The notes under the pieces: generated by a model
Told to the model about the DNA's origin: nothing
Seen by the model: only the letters and a program-made list of their open reading frames with translations
The model's database searches: none
Assembly (NCBI GenBank): GCA_036377075.1
Contig: DASUZB010000143.1
Span: forward strand, 15,577 to 79,576
Length of the DNA: 64,000 nt
Reading direction: 5' to 3'
Source of the DNA: Actinomycetes bacterium
GTDB lineage: Bacteria > Actinomycetota > CALGFH01
Program-made: the position numbers and the translations under genes
Part shown: positions 1 through 9,210 of the stretch, piece by piece
Numbering within the stretch: position 1 is the first letter of the stretch
Layout: each line of letters opens with the position of its first letter

Positions 1-1
1 G

Positions 2-559
2 CAGGCGGCGGCCCTGTCCCAGCGCCACGGTGCTTCGCACGTCGCCACCGGCGACATCTTCCGGGCCAACGTCGCGCAGGGGACGCGCCTCGGCCGCCGT
101 GCCCAGCGCTACATGGACCGTGGCGACCTGGTGCCCGACGAGGTCGTGATCGCCATGGTGATGGACCGCCTGGCGGAGCCCGACTGCGAGGAGGGCTTCC
201 TGCTGGACGGCTTCCCGCGCACGGTGGCGCAGGCCGAGGCGCTGGACCGGCGCCTCGTGGAGCTGGAGACCCCGCTGGACCTGGCGCTGAACTTCGAGGT
301 GACCGAGGAGGAGCTGTTCCGCCGGCTGGCGGGGCGCTCGGCGGCGGAGCACCGCTCCGACGACACCGAGCAGACCATCCGCCACCGCCTCGAGGTGTTC
401 GCCGAGAAGACGCGGCCGCTGATCGACTACTACCGCCACCGGGGGTTGCTCGTCGGCGTCGACGCGGTCGCGGCGATCGAGCAGGTGGCCGCGCGCATCG
501 ACGCCGCCCTCGCCGCCTTCGGCGTCACCGTCGCCGGCGTCATCGTCGCCTCGGTCTGA
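2..559 (+). CDS. adk: adenylate kinase, 5'-truncated by the window edge
   Basis: The frame is open from base 2. The translation contains ATGDIFRAN, GFLLDGFPRTVAQAEAL and TIRHRLEVF, typical adenylate kinase core/LID motifs. Confidence 0.9.
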   Translation, partial: QAAALSQRHGASHVATGDIFRANVAQGTRLGRRAQRYMDRGDLVPDEVVIAMVMDRLAEPDCEEGFLLDGFPRTVAQAEALDRRLVELETPLDLALNFEVTEEELFRRLAGRSAAEHRSDDTEQTIRHRLEVFAEKTRPLIDYYRHRGLLVGVDAVAAIEQVAARIDAALAAFGVTVAGVIVASV

Positions 560-665
560 GGCGGGGCATCCCACATCTGAGGTGGCCACGGCCACCGATC
601 TAAGGCAGCGGCCCGATGGGGGCGTGCCACCTCAGCGCCTACCGTGACCTGCGGAGGTGAGCTGA

Positions 666-827
666 ATGCTCTGGTACGCAGATCACGGGCAGCTGAACGC
701 CCGCGCCGGCGACCTTCTTCGGGAGGCCGACCAGGAGCGGCTGCGGAAGCTGGCGCGTGGCGGGCGCGGTTGGCGCGCCCGCCGCGCGCGGCCCCTCTCG
801 CCTCGCCCCCGCCCGGCGATCGCCTGA
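666..827 (+). CDS. small hypothetical protein (53 aa, MLWYADHGQLNARAGDLLREADQERLRKLARGG...)
   Basis: ATG at 666 lies 8 nt after GGAGG (653-657). The ORF is too short for the ORF track and has an Arg-rich tail. No homology was recognised. Confidence 0.3.
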   Translation: MLWYADHGQLNARAGDLLREADQERLRKLARGGRGWRARRARPLSPRPRPAIA

Positions 828-956
828 CGGCTGTCGCACACTTACGCAAAAGCGCCGCATCGCCTGGGCAGATGGCTTTAGCTTGATATTTCGAGAGCTG
901 CTCACTAGTGTCTCTTAGTCCTCCCCCGGGAAGCTTGTTCCGCCCAGAGAAACTGC

Positions 957-1742
957 ATGGACGACCCCAATCGCGCAGAGGTCGGGCAGGTGACCCAACC
1001 CGTCGGGCCGCCCTCCATCGGGCCGGCCCCGGGTCCGGTCATCGACCAGGAGGGGCGGGATCGCGTGGCGCTGCCAGATCGTGGCGGCCGGCACGTCGCG
1101 CCTCGACCCGACCGTCCCCGGATGCACCTGCGACCGCTGATCGGCCTGTTCGGGCTCGTCCTGTTCATGGTCGCCATCGGCATCCTGCTGATCCGCGTGA
1201 TCGACCAGTCGCAGCCGGCCACCGAGAAGGGCGCCGGCCAACCGCCGTCCTCCGAGGAGCTGCCGCCGCCGGTCGCCAGCGGCGGCTTCGCCGTCGCCGG
1301 CAACCTGCTGCGCAACTGGAGCTTCGAGACCGACACCGAGGGCTGGCAGCGGATCGGCGCGGCCAGGCTCTCCCGTGAGCTCGGCGGCCGCACCTCCGGA
1401 TCGAGCGCCTTCGTGCAGGCCTCGTCGACCGGGCCGAGCACGGTCGGCATGGCAGCGCCCTCCATCGCCCAGGTCCATGCGGGCGAGGTGTACGAGGCCA
1501 CCGCCTGGGTCCTCTCGGGCACGCCAGGCCTGCGCCTCACCGTCAGCCTGGTGGTCACCGGGCCGGGAGGCCGCGAGGTAAGCACCGAGCGGGCCGTGAC
1601 CGCCGCCAACACGGACTGGGTCCGCGTGGACGTGGACCACCGCGTCAAGACCGCCGGCGTCCTGAGCCTCGAGGTCTGCCTCCAGGACGCCAAGTTGGGG
1701 GAGGGCTTGCTGGTCGACGAGGTGGTCGTCCACCGGGGCTGA
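957..1742 (+). CDS. bitopic membrane protein with a C-terminal CBM4_9/CenC-like beta-sandwich; paralog of 3067..3855
   Basis: One TM segment (LIGLFGLVLFMVAIGILLI). It is followed by GNLLRNWSFETDTEGWQ, a motif characteristic of the start of carbohydrate-binding module 4_9 folds. High GC3. Confidence 0.65.
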   Translation: MDDPNRAEVGQVTQPVGPPSIGPAPGPVIDQEGRDRVALPDRGGRHVAPRPDRPRMHLRPLIGLFGLVLFMVAIGILLIRVIDQSQPATEKGAGQPPSSEELPPPVASGGFAVAGNLLRNWSFETDTEGWQRIGAARLSRELGGRTSGSSAFVQASSTGPSTVGMAAPSIAQVHAGEVYEATAWVLSGTPGLRLTVSLVVTGPGGREVSTERAVTAANTDWVRVDVDHRVKTAGVLSLEVCLQDAKLGEGLLVDEVVVHRG

Positions 1743-1782
1743 GCCGGTGGCGGCGCCGTCCGAGAAAGGGTGAGAGGGCCAA

Positions 1783-2919
1783 GTGCCAGGTGGCCGTGAC
1801 GGATCACAACTCAACCTGCTGATCGAGCACCCCCGCGCCCGCATCGGACGGCGCGGCTTCCTGCGTGTCGCCGCGCTGCTCGGCGCGGCCGGCGCCGCGG
1901 GCTGCACCGTCGGCAAGGCGTGCCCGCCGACCGGCGCCGTCAACCGCCGGCCCGAGCAGCTCGTCAACATCTACAACTGGTCCGACTACATCGACGACCG
2001 GACCGTCCCGGCGTTCCAGGCGCACTCCGGCGTCCGCGTCAACTACGAGGTCTACTCGTCCAACGAGGACCTCATGGCCAAGATGCGCGGCGGCAACACC
2101 AACTTCGACATCGTCGTCCCGACCAGCTGGTTCCTGCCCACCTACAAGCGCCTCGGGCTGCTCGAGCCGCTGCCGCTCGACCTGATCCCCAACCTCAGGA
2201 ACCTGGACAAGGTGTTCGTCGAGACCGATTACGACCCCGGCAACAAGTACTCGGTGCCCTGGCAGTGGGGGACCACCGGGATCGGCTACAACTCCCGGCA
2301 CGTCCCCGGCGGCAAGGTCGACTCCTGGAAGTCGCTCTTCGAGCCCGACAAGGCGCTGACCGGCCGCATGTCGCTGCTCCGCGAGGTCACCGACCTGATC
2401 GCCTGCACGCTGATCTACCTCGGCAAGCAGCCCAACTCCACCAGCGACGCCGACCTGCAGGAGGTCGTCAGCCTCATCCGGAGCCTGCGGGGCAAGATCA
2501 ACAAGCTGTCGAGCGACACCTACATCGACGAGCTCGCCAGGAGCCGCACCTACCTGGCGCAGGGGTGGAGCGGCGACGTCTTCCAGGCGGCGGAGCGCAA
2601 CGCCGACGTCGTCTACACCATCCCGAGGGAAGGCTCGCTGCAGTGGGCCGACGTGATGTGCATCCCCAAGGGCGCCCCCCACGCGCGCAACGCCGCCCTG
2701 TTCATGAACTACGTGCTGCAGCCGAGCGTCAACGCGCGCATCAGCACGTATGTCTCGTATGGAACTCCGGTGCCGCTCGCCAAGGCGCTGATCCCCACCG
2801 ACCAGCTCAAGGACCCGAGCATCTACCCGCCGGCCAGCACCAAGCTCTCGATCGTCTCGATGGAGGGCGAGAAGATCCAGAAGTGGCAGGCGGCCTACAA
2901 CGCCATCCTGAAGGCCTGA
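1783..2919 (+). CDS. spermidine/putrescine-type ABC substrate-binding lipoprotein (PotD/PotF family)
   Basis: GTG start. Twin-arginine signal GRRGFLRVAALLGAAGAAGC with a lipobox. The body (NIYNWSDYID, VPTSWF, WQWGTTGIGYN, LAQGWSGD) is PotD-like. Confidence 0.85.
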   Translation: MPGGRDGSQLNLLIEHPRARIGRRGFLRVAALLGAAGAAGCTVGKACPPTGAVNRRPEQLVNIYNWSDYIDDRTVPAFQAHSGVRVNYEVYSSNEDLMAKMRGGNTNFDIVVPTSWFLPTYKRLGLLEPLPLDLIPNLRNLDKVFVETDYDPGNKYSVPWQWGTTGIGYNSRHVPGGKVDSWKSLFEPDKALTGRMSLLREVTDLIACTLIYLGKQPNSTSDADLQEVVSLIRSLRGKINKLSSDTYIDELARSRTYLAQGWSGDVFQAAERNADVVYTIPREGSLQWADVMCIPKGAPHARNAALFMNYVLQPSVNARISTYVSYGTPVPLAKALIPTDQLKDPSIYPPASTKLSIVSMEGEKIQKWQAAYNAILKA

Positions 2920-3066
2920 CGGGCCTGGTCCGGTCGGGGCGCCGATGGGCGTCGTTGGGGTCCTTCGCGGGTCGGATTCATCACTTCGGCGCGAAATGAC
3001 GCATACTTTCCCTACTGGGATGAAAGAAGAGTAAGTACGCAACCCCTACACGATCTGTAGGCAGAG

Positions 3067-3855
3067 ATGAGCGAGCAGCACGCCGCGCTCGGGGGGGAGG
3101 AACTGGCTGGGTACGGCGTGGAGCGGCAGCCGTGGAGGTCGACGCTCCCCCGGGTCCTGGCCACCGGGGCGTGGCTGCCCGAGCGGCTCAGGCCCGGGTG
3201 GACCCCGCCGCCGCCGGGCCGCCACGTCGCGCCGCCGCGCTTCCGCCTCGAGTCCGGCGTCGCCGTCGGCCTCTCCGCCGCCCTGCTGGTGGTGGTCGCG
3301 GTCTTCAGCGTCCCGCTCGCCCGCTTCGCCGGCCAGACGGTCCACGTGCGGGTGCCGGGCGTCGCGGCGCCGGTCGCGTCGCCGCTGGGGCCCCCACTGG
3401 GTCCGCCGCCCGGCAACCTGGTCGGCAACTGGAGCTTCGAGCGCGGCATCGGCGGCTGGGAGACGGTCGGGCCGGCGCTCGTCAACCGCGAGCTCGGCGG
3501 CCACAACTCGAGCGCGAGCATGCTGATCCGGCCGGTGTCGGACACCGCCGGCCCGGCCGGGATCATGGCCCCGGTGGGGGCCTCGTCGGTGCGGCCCGGT
3601 TCCAGTTTCGAGGCCACCGCGTGGGTACGGGCCGAGACGGTCGCCGCCGTGCCGGTGGCGCTGCACCTGTTCGTCGCGAACGGCAAGGAGGTCTCCCAGG
3701 CCGTCACGGTGACCCGACCGGGCGGGGCCTGGCTGCGCCTGCACCTGGTGCACCAGGTCGCCACGCCCGGTCCGCTCTGCGTCGAGCTGGTGGTCCTCGA
3801 GCCCGTGCGGGAGCAGGCGATCCTCGCCGACGAGATCTCGGTCAGGCCGGTCTGA
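3067..3855 (+). CDS. bitopic membrane protein with a CBM4_9-like domain; paralog of 957..1742
   Basis: Shares GNLvgNWSFE..GW..vG.A...RELGG and (Y/F)EATAWV blocks with 957..1742. Has a single TM segment. Confidence 0.65.
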   Translation: MSEQHAALGGEELAGYGVERQPWRSTLPRVLATGAWLPERLRPGWTPPPPGRHVAPPRFRLESGVAVGLSAALLVVVAVFSVPLARFAGQTVHVRVPGVAAPVASPLGPPLGPPPGNLVGNWSFERGIGGWETVGPALVNRELGGHNSSASMLIRPVSDTAGPAGIMAPVGASSVRPGSSFEATAWVRAETVAAVPVALHLFVANGKEVSQAVTVTRPGGAWLRLHLVHQVATPGPLCVELVVLEPVREQAILADEISVRPV

Positions 3856-3876
3856 GCCACCCCCGCAGCGAAGTCG

Positions 3877-4419
3877 CTAGTAGACCCAGCCGCCGTGCTC
3901 GTCGGTGCACCACGACCACCAGTCCTCCGGCATCTGGGACGCGGGGCGCCCGTCCCAGGAGTGGCCGACGCACGAACGCTGGCGGTCGCTGTCATAGTTC
4001 CCGACCATCCGCGTCCACCCGGGATCGCCGTTGCATGGCACGCCCGCGACCTCGTAGTAGACCCGCTCGCGGGCGTAGCCGTACGGGGTGTAGATCTGCC
4101 GTTCCACCCGGATGTGCAGCGGCGGCAGGTGCTTGCCGCAGGACTGGAACGCCCGGCCCCAGAACGCATGGCACTTCGAGCTGTAGCGTAGTTGCAGGGT
4201 CGTGTCCTGGTCGATGAACCACTCGCGCGGCGTGCTGGTGGCGGAGCAGTAGCTGGCAGGGTCCTTGCCGTTGCAGCCGGAGCCGCTGCAGGTGGCGGCG
4301 GCCGCGGGGCGGGCCTGCGCGACGGTGACGGCGCCGGTGGCCACGGCCAGCGCGAGTACGAGCAGGAGCTGCGCTCCCCTTGTGCGGATGATGGCGGCCA
4401 ACCTCCGTGTCTTGCGCAT
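3877..4419 (-). CDS. secreted DUF2690-like protein
   Basis: Signal peptide, then the CSGSGCNGKDP motif typical of DUF2690. GGAGG lies 9 nt upstream of the ATG at 4419. Confidence 0.65.
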   Translation of the reverse strand: MRKTRRLAAIIRTRGAQLLLVLALAVATGAVTVAQARPAAAATCSGSGCNGKDPASYCSATSTPREWFIDQDTTLQLRYSSKCHAFWGRAFQSCGKHLPPLHIRVERQIYTPYGYARERVYYEVAGVPCNGDPGWTRMVGNYDSDRQRSCVGHSWDGRPASQMPEDWWSWCTDEHGGWVY

Positions 4420-4503
4420 CAGGTGGTCCTCCAAGTGGTCCAGATGACTTCAGCGGGTCTTCGGGTCGCGGCGGTGACCTCGCGCGGCGGGCGCCAACCC
4501 CGG

Positions 4504-7500
4504 TCACGACGTTCCGGCGAGCCGGCCGTTGACCAGGCTCGCGTAGGCCGCCTGGCCGGTGGGGTAGGGATGGAACATGCCGGAGTCCCCGAGCGGGTTC
4601 GCCGCGCGGACCCACGAGCTGGAGGTCTGCGGGCAGGCGCGGTGCCCGGCCCAGATCCGCTCGGGGTCGACGTAGTCGATGCGGATCCCGGCGCGCTGCA
4701 GGTTGGCGACCACGCTGGCGATCGTCTGCGACATCAGGTCGGCGAACTGGTTGAGCAGCGCCCAGTCCGCCGCGTTGAGCGGGAAGCAGAGCCCGGCAGG
4801 GTCCGAGTCGTCGAAGGTGTCGTTGAACAGGCGGGGATAGCCCAGGACGACGATGCGGGCGTTCGGTGCCTTGGCGTGGACCGCGCGGTAGACGGTGTCG
4901 AGCTTGCTGGGGACCAGGTCCCGGATGACGTGGGGCTCGTACTGCTTGAACGGCGCGGGGTCCAGGTGCCCGCCGTGGGTGAGGTAGAAGTCGTCGTCGG
5001 AGCAGTGGCCCAAGGTCTCGATGCAGCCTTTCAGGATGTCGGCGAAGCGGACGTCGTTGCCGCCGATGGTCAGGCTGACCAGCGTCGTGTCGGCGTCGAG
5101 GTAGCCCTGGTCGACCTGCGCCATCTCGCCGGAGTGCCGGTCCGGATGCCCCCAGTCGGTGTTCTCCCCGGCGTTCTGGCCCGGGGTGTCGATCGCGGCG
5201 TCGGTGATGCTGGTCGTGATCGCCCCTGAGCAGGCGATGAACGCGAACGCGGCGGTGCCGGCGCCGGTGGCGGCCTCCTGCGCGATCGGCTGGGAGTGGC
5301 CGGGAAGGCGCACCTGGCGGGCGTAGGCGTCGTTGACGGACCGGTGGCAGGTGTTCACGGTCTCGCCGGCGTTGCCGAAATCGTCGACGAAGCTGTAGGC
5401 GCTGTTGGGGTCGTACGGCTTGTTCCCCTCGCCGGCGGAGTAGGAGTCGCCCAGCCCGACGTAGAAGGCCTGCGGCTTGACGGTCTGGATGAACGCCACC
5501 GCGTCGAAGGCGACGTCCTCGCCGCGGCCGTCCTCGGTGACGCTGCTCAGGCTGACGCTGGCGCCCGCGGCCAGGTTGAACACGCCGATGTCCACCCACT
5601 GGTCCCGCTGCCAGGCCTGGTTGACCACGCGGTGGCGGGTCTGGCCGTTGCCGAGCTTGATCCGGTAGTCCGCCTGGCGGGTCCAGGCGCCGTGGGAGGG
5701 GACATGGACCTTGATCCGCGTCCAGCCGGTCACGGTCGACGGCGGCGTCCAGGTGCCGGTCACCTTGAGGGTCGCATCGGCCCCGGCGCGGCTGTGGGTG
5801 AACCAGAAATGCCCGCCGAAGCCGGCGCTGACCTGGTGGAAGTCGACCTTGCTCGGGTAGACCGTGGCGCCGCCGGGCCCGGTGGCCGAGGCGAACTTGA
5901 GCGAGAACGAGTCGCGGCTGGTCCAGTTCTTGGCGCACGGGACCGGGCTTCGGACGCTGTCCAGGACGTCGTCGACGATCACGGCGCCGCCCGGCAGCCG
6001 GCGGGCGTCGCAGTCGGCCGGGTAGGGGTTGCCCGGCGGCGCGGGGCGGGAGCCGACGTCGGGGTAGACCGGGAGCGTGGTGCCACACCGGTGCGCGCAG
6101 TTGGTCTCCCAGGTGGCAGGCCGGTTCCACCAGCAGTGGAAGTTGGACAGGGCGCACAGGCCGGCGGCGTTGCCGCCCCCGTCGGTGGTGGCCCCGTAGG
6201 TGCAGTGGTTGACGCCCGGCTGGCAGAACGTCGCGAACGGCGGCGTGGCGGCCGCCCCGAGCTCCGAGCTCGGCGGGGCGTAGGCCGGGCCCCAGGTCTT
6301 GGCGATCCAGTCGTAGCGCTGCAGCGGCGTGTACGCCCAGCCGATCACCCGCTCCGGGTAGCTCCAGCTGTTGGGGTGCTTGGCGTCGTCGTAGGTGACC
6401 TGCAGGAACGGGTCGCGGTCCTGCGGGTAGTCCGGGTTGGCCGGGTTGTTGGCCCAGCCGAGCCCCCAGTTGCCGCCGGCGCCGCCGTTGTCGGTGCAGC
6501 TCGGCCCGGGCGAGCAGCCGGTGGTGTTGCCGAACTCGGCGTCACGGGGCTGCACGCCGCTGTTGTAGGCCCACAGCGCGAACCACCAGCTCTCCACGAA
6601 GCGCGGGTCGCCGCCGTTGGCGACGATGCCCAGCGCCCGGGTCTGGTTCCACTTGTCCTCCAGGAGCTGCAGCCCGGCGGCGATGTTGGCCAGGTAGTCG
6701 ACCGCGATGGCCTTCTGCTGCGTGTCGCTGTAGACCACGCCGGTGTCGACCCGCCGCATGCCGGTGGTCACCTGCGCGGCGCCGTAGCCGCAGTCGGCGT
6801 TCGCCCAGTCGACGACGTGGACGTTGCCGTCGTTGCCGTAGAAGCCGCCCTGCTCGAAGTTGCCGTACAGGCCGTCGACCACGTGCGGGCTGGCCTGCCA
6901 CATGTTGGACTCCTGCGCCAGCACTCCCAGCATGACCTGGGCCGGGACCGTGCCCCCGCCCTGCAGGGCGTGGTTGGGGAACAGCGCGCCCGGCGAGTAG
7001 GCGGGCAGGCCCTGCCCGGCCGGCCGGGTCACCAGGCGCAGCTTGTCCTGCACCGCCATGTCGACGGCCCACTCCGCCTCCTTGGGGCTGGGCTGGTAGG
7101 TCTGCAGGACCGCGTCGTTGCGCGGCACCGCGCAGGCACGGTCCGGGTCGGTCGGGTCGGTGGACGGGTCGGCGGCCAGCGCCCGTCCCGTCCTGCCACC
7201 ACCGGCCGCCGCGCGGCCCGCGCCGCCCGGCAGGGGCGACGGCGCCCGGTCGCCGTTGCCGGCCGTCTGCCGCGGCACGACGGTGAAGCGCGCCACCTTG
7301 CCGGTGCCGGTCACCCGGGCTGCGATGCTCACCGGGTCGGGCAGCCCGTCGCCCGGCGCGAGCCCCGTCCGCCGGGCCGCCTCCTTGCCCGTCGATGCGC
7401 TGGTCACCATGAGGCCGCCCTCGGTGGACACCTCCGCGCCGCCCGGGGCGGCGATGGCCCGCCAGCCGCCCGGCAGGCCGTGGCCTGCCGCCAGCCGCGC

Positions 7501-8433
7501 CGCGCCTGGTCCGGTCAGGAATACGCGGCCGCCGGCGCCGGCGCCGAGCCGCACCGCCCCGAGCGGCGCCGTGCCCAGCAGCGCGCTGCGGGCTCCTGCC
7601 AGGCGGCGCACCTGCACCTGGCTGCGCTCCGCGACCTGGTAGGCCAGGCCGCCGGCAGCGTCCGGGTGCAGCCGCGACGGCACGCCCGTCGCCGCCGCAA
7701 GCGTGCGGACCCTGCCGCCGGGCGCCACGGCGACCAGCTCGGCGCCGCGCGCGGCGGCGATCCCGCGGGCGTAGGGCACCGCGGAGGTCACCTGCCCCGG
7801 CACGCCCAGCCGCCAGCCGACGCGGCCGGTGGCGGCGTCCACCAACAGCAGCCGCGTCAGCGTGCGGTCGCGATTCGGCTCCAGCCTGGAGAGCACCGCC
7901 GCCTCGCCGGTGCCGCACCCGGGGTCGTGGTAGGCGATCGAGACCCGCTCGGCCAGCTTGACGACCCGGCCACCGGCGAGGTCGACCACCGCCGCGAACG
8001 CGCCGCGCTGGAACGCGGCCTCGCGGTTGACCCACTGGCGCGGCTCGTACACCACCACCATCCGGCGGCCCGAGCCGGTGACGCACCCCTGCCCGATCCA
8101 CTCCTCGGAGCCGACCCCCGGCTCGGTCAGGGTCGCCGCCGTGCGCCACCGGTACGCGCGCGCCGCGTCGGCGACCAGGACGTGCAGCCCGGTCTCGTCC
8201 CCGACCAGCGTCACCGCGCGGTCCGCCGACGCCTGCCACCCCCGGGGCAGCACCCGATCCGGGTCGGCCACGGCCGCCGGGCCGGTCGTCGGCGGCCGGG
8301 GGGATTGCCTGGCCGCCGGCCGGGCGGGCGGCGTGGCCACACCGGCCGAGGCCGCGGGCAGGGCGTTCAGCAGCGCGGCCGCGACCGCCAGCGCGACCGC
8401 CACGATCCTGGCCGTCCGAGCCCTCCCTGGCAT
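4504..8433 (-). CDS. large secreted multidomain protein: N-terminal repeat region, SLT-like lytic transglycosylase segment, golvesin-C-like domain, C-terminal SGNH/GDSL hydrolase
   Basis: Start chosen at MPGRARTARIVAVALAV (GGAGGGGG upstream). LAQESNMWQ...GYGAAQV is SLT-like. GLGDSYSAGEG and TIGGNDV are SGNH blocks I and III. Domain names were assigned by eye. Confidence 0.75.
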   Translation of the reverse strand: MPGRARTARIVAVALAVAAALLNALPAASAGVATPPARPAARQSPRPPTTGPAAVADPDRVLPRGWQASADRAVTLVGDETGLHVLVADAARAYRWRTAATLTEPGVGSEEWIGQGCVTGSGRRMVVVYEPRQWVNREAAFQRGAFAAVVDLAGGRVVKLAERVSIAYHDPGCGTGEAAVLSRLEPNRDRTLTRLLLVDAATGRVGWRLGVPGQVTSAVPYARGIAAARGAELVAVAPGGRVRTLAAATGVPSRLHPDAAGGLAYQVAERSQVQVRRLAGARSALLGTAPLGAVRLGAGAGGRVFLTGPGAARLAAGHGLPGGWRAIAAPGGAEVSTEGGLMVTSASTGKEAARRTGLAPGDGLPDPVSIAARVTGTGKVARFTVVPRQTAGNGDRAPSPLPGGAGRAAAGGGRTGRALAADPSTDPTDPDRACAVPRNDAVLQTYQPSPKEAEWAVDMAVQDKLRLVTRPAGQGLPAYSPGALFPNHALQGGGTVPAQVMLGVLAQESNMWQASPHVVDGLYGNFEQGGFYGNDGNVHVVDWANADCGYGAAQVTTGMRRVDTGVVYSDTQQKAIAVDYLANIAAGLQLLEDKWNQTRALGIVANGGDPRFVESWWFALWAYNSGVQPRDAEFGNTTGCSPGPSCTDNGGAGGNWGLGWANNPANPDYPQDRDPFLQVTYDDAKHPNSWSYPERVIGWAYTPLQRYDWIAKTWGPAYAPPSSELGAAATPPFATFCQPGVNHCTYGATTDGGGNAAGLCALSNFHCWWNRPATWETNCAHRCGTTLPVYPDVGSRPAPPGNPYPADCDARRLPGGAVIVDDVLDSVRSPVPCAKNWTSRDSFSLKFASATGPGGATVYPSKVDFHQVSAGFGGHFWFTHSRAGADATLKVTGTWTPPSTVTGWTRIKVHVPSHGAWTRQADYRIKLGNGQTRHRVVNQAWQRDQWVDIGVFNLAAGASVSLSSVTEDGRGEDVAFDAVAFIQTVKPQAFYVGLGDSYSAGEGNKPYDPNSAYSFVDDFGNAGETVNTCHRSVNDAYARQVRLPGHSQPIAQEAATGAGTAAFAFIACSGAITTSITDAAIDTPGQNAGENTDWGHPDRHSGEMAQVDQGYLDADTTLVSLTIGGNDVRFADILKGCIETLGHCSDDDFYLTHGGHLDPAPFKQYEPHVIRDLVPSKLDTVYRAVHAKAPNARIVVLGYPRLFNDTFDDSDPAGLCFPLNAADWALLNQFADLMSQTIASVVANLQRAGIRIDYVDPERIWAGHRACPQTSSSWVRAANPLGDSGMFHPYPTGQAAYASLVNGRLAGTS

Positions 8434-8658
8434 GGGATCCCCCTCCGGTGTTGCCTGCCGATGGCTGCCGGTCCGTCCGGCCGTACGATCGCCAGCCGCA
8501 CGCGCGCGGTCACGGCAAGAGCCCGGCAACTACCCGGCAACTACCCGGCAATTTGGAAGGGTGGGGTTTGCCCGGCAGACCCGCGGGCCCCGATCCGGGC
8601 GGCACCGTGGCGCGATGGTTGCGGTTTGAACCAGTTCGGGTTCGGGCGATACTGGAGT

Positions 8659-9210
8659 ATGTCCAACCGACCCCCCGAGCGGCACCTCGCCGCCTGGCGC
8701 AGCCTGCTCGAAGCCCATGCCGCCGTGGTCGAGCTGCTCTCCCGCGAGCTGGAAGAGGGTCGCGGGCTGCCCCTCGGCTGGTACGACGTGCTGCTGACGC
8801 TCGACCGTTCGCCCGAGCAGCGCCTGCGCATGCAGGAGCTGGCCCAGTCGGTGCTGCTCTCCAAGAGCGGCCTCACCCGCCTGATCGACCGCATGGAGGC
8901 CAAGGGGCTGGTGCGCCGCGAGCCGTCGCCCTCCGACCGCCGCGGCGCCTTCGCCGTGCTCACCGCGCAAGGCCGCAGCGTCTTCCGCCGCGCCGCCCCG
9001 GTGCACCTGCGCGGCATCCAGGAGCACTTCGCGCGCCACCTGGACGACGCCGAGGCGGCCACCCTGTTCGACACCCTCAGCCGCGTCACCGCGGCGGCGC
9101 GGGCCGCCAAGGACGGCCGCCAGCCGCCCGTGGCGGTGCCGCGCGACGCCGACAAGGGCCACCGGCCCGACGGCGGCGCCCTGGCCGAGCCGCTGTCCCG
9201 AGCGCCATGA
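8659..9210 (+). CDS. MarR-family transcriptional regulator
   Basis: Winged-helix core QELAQSVLLSKSGLTRLIDRMEAKGLVRREPSPSDRR. Only the last 552 nt of the 5296..9210 ORF are credible. Confidence 0.9.
   Translation: MSNRPPERHLAAWRSLLEAHAAVVELLSRELEEGRGLPLGWYDVLLTLDRSPEQRLRMQELAQSVLLSKSGLTRLIDRMEAKGLVRREPSPSDRRGAFAVLTAQGRSVFRRAAPVHLRGIQEHFARHLDDAEAATLFDTLSRVTAAARAAKDGRQPPVAVPRDADKGHRPDGGALAEPLSRAP

Noticed and set aside
5296-8658. N-terminal 1120 codons of the 1304-aa plus-strand ORF 5296..9210.
   Set aside because: Only the last 552 nt (MarR, from the ATG at 8659) are recognisable. The rest is the antisense shadow of the large secreted hydrolase gene.
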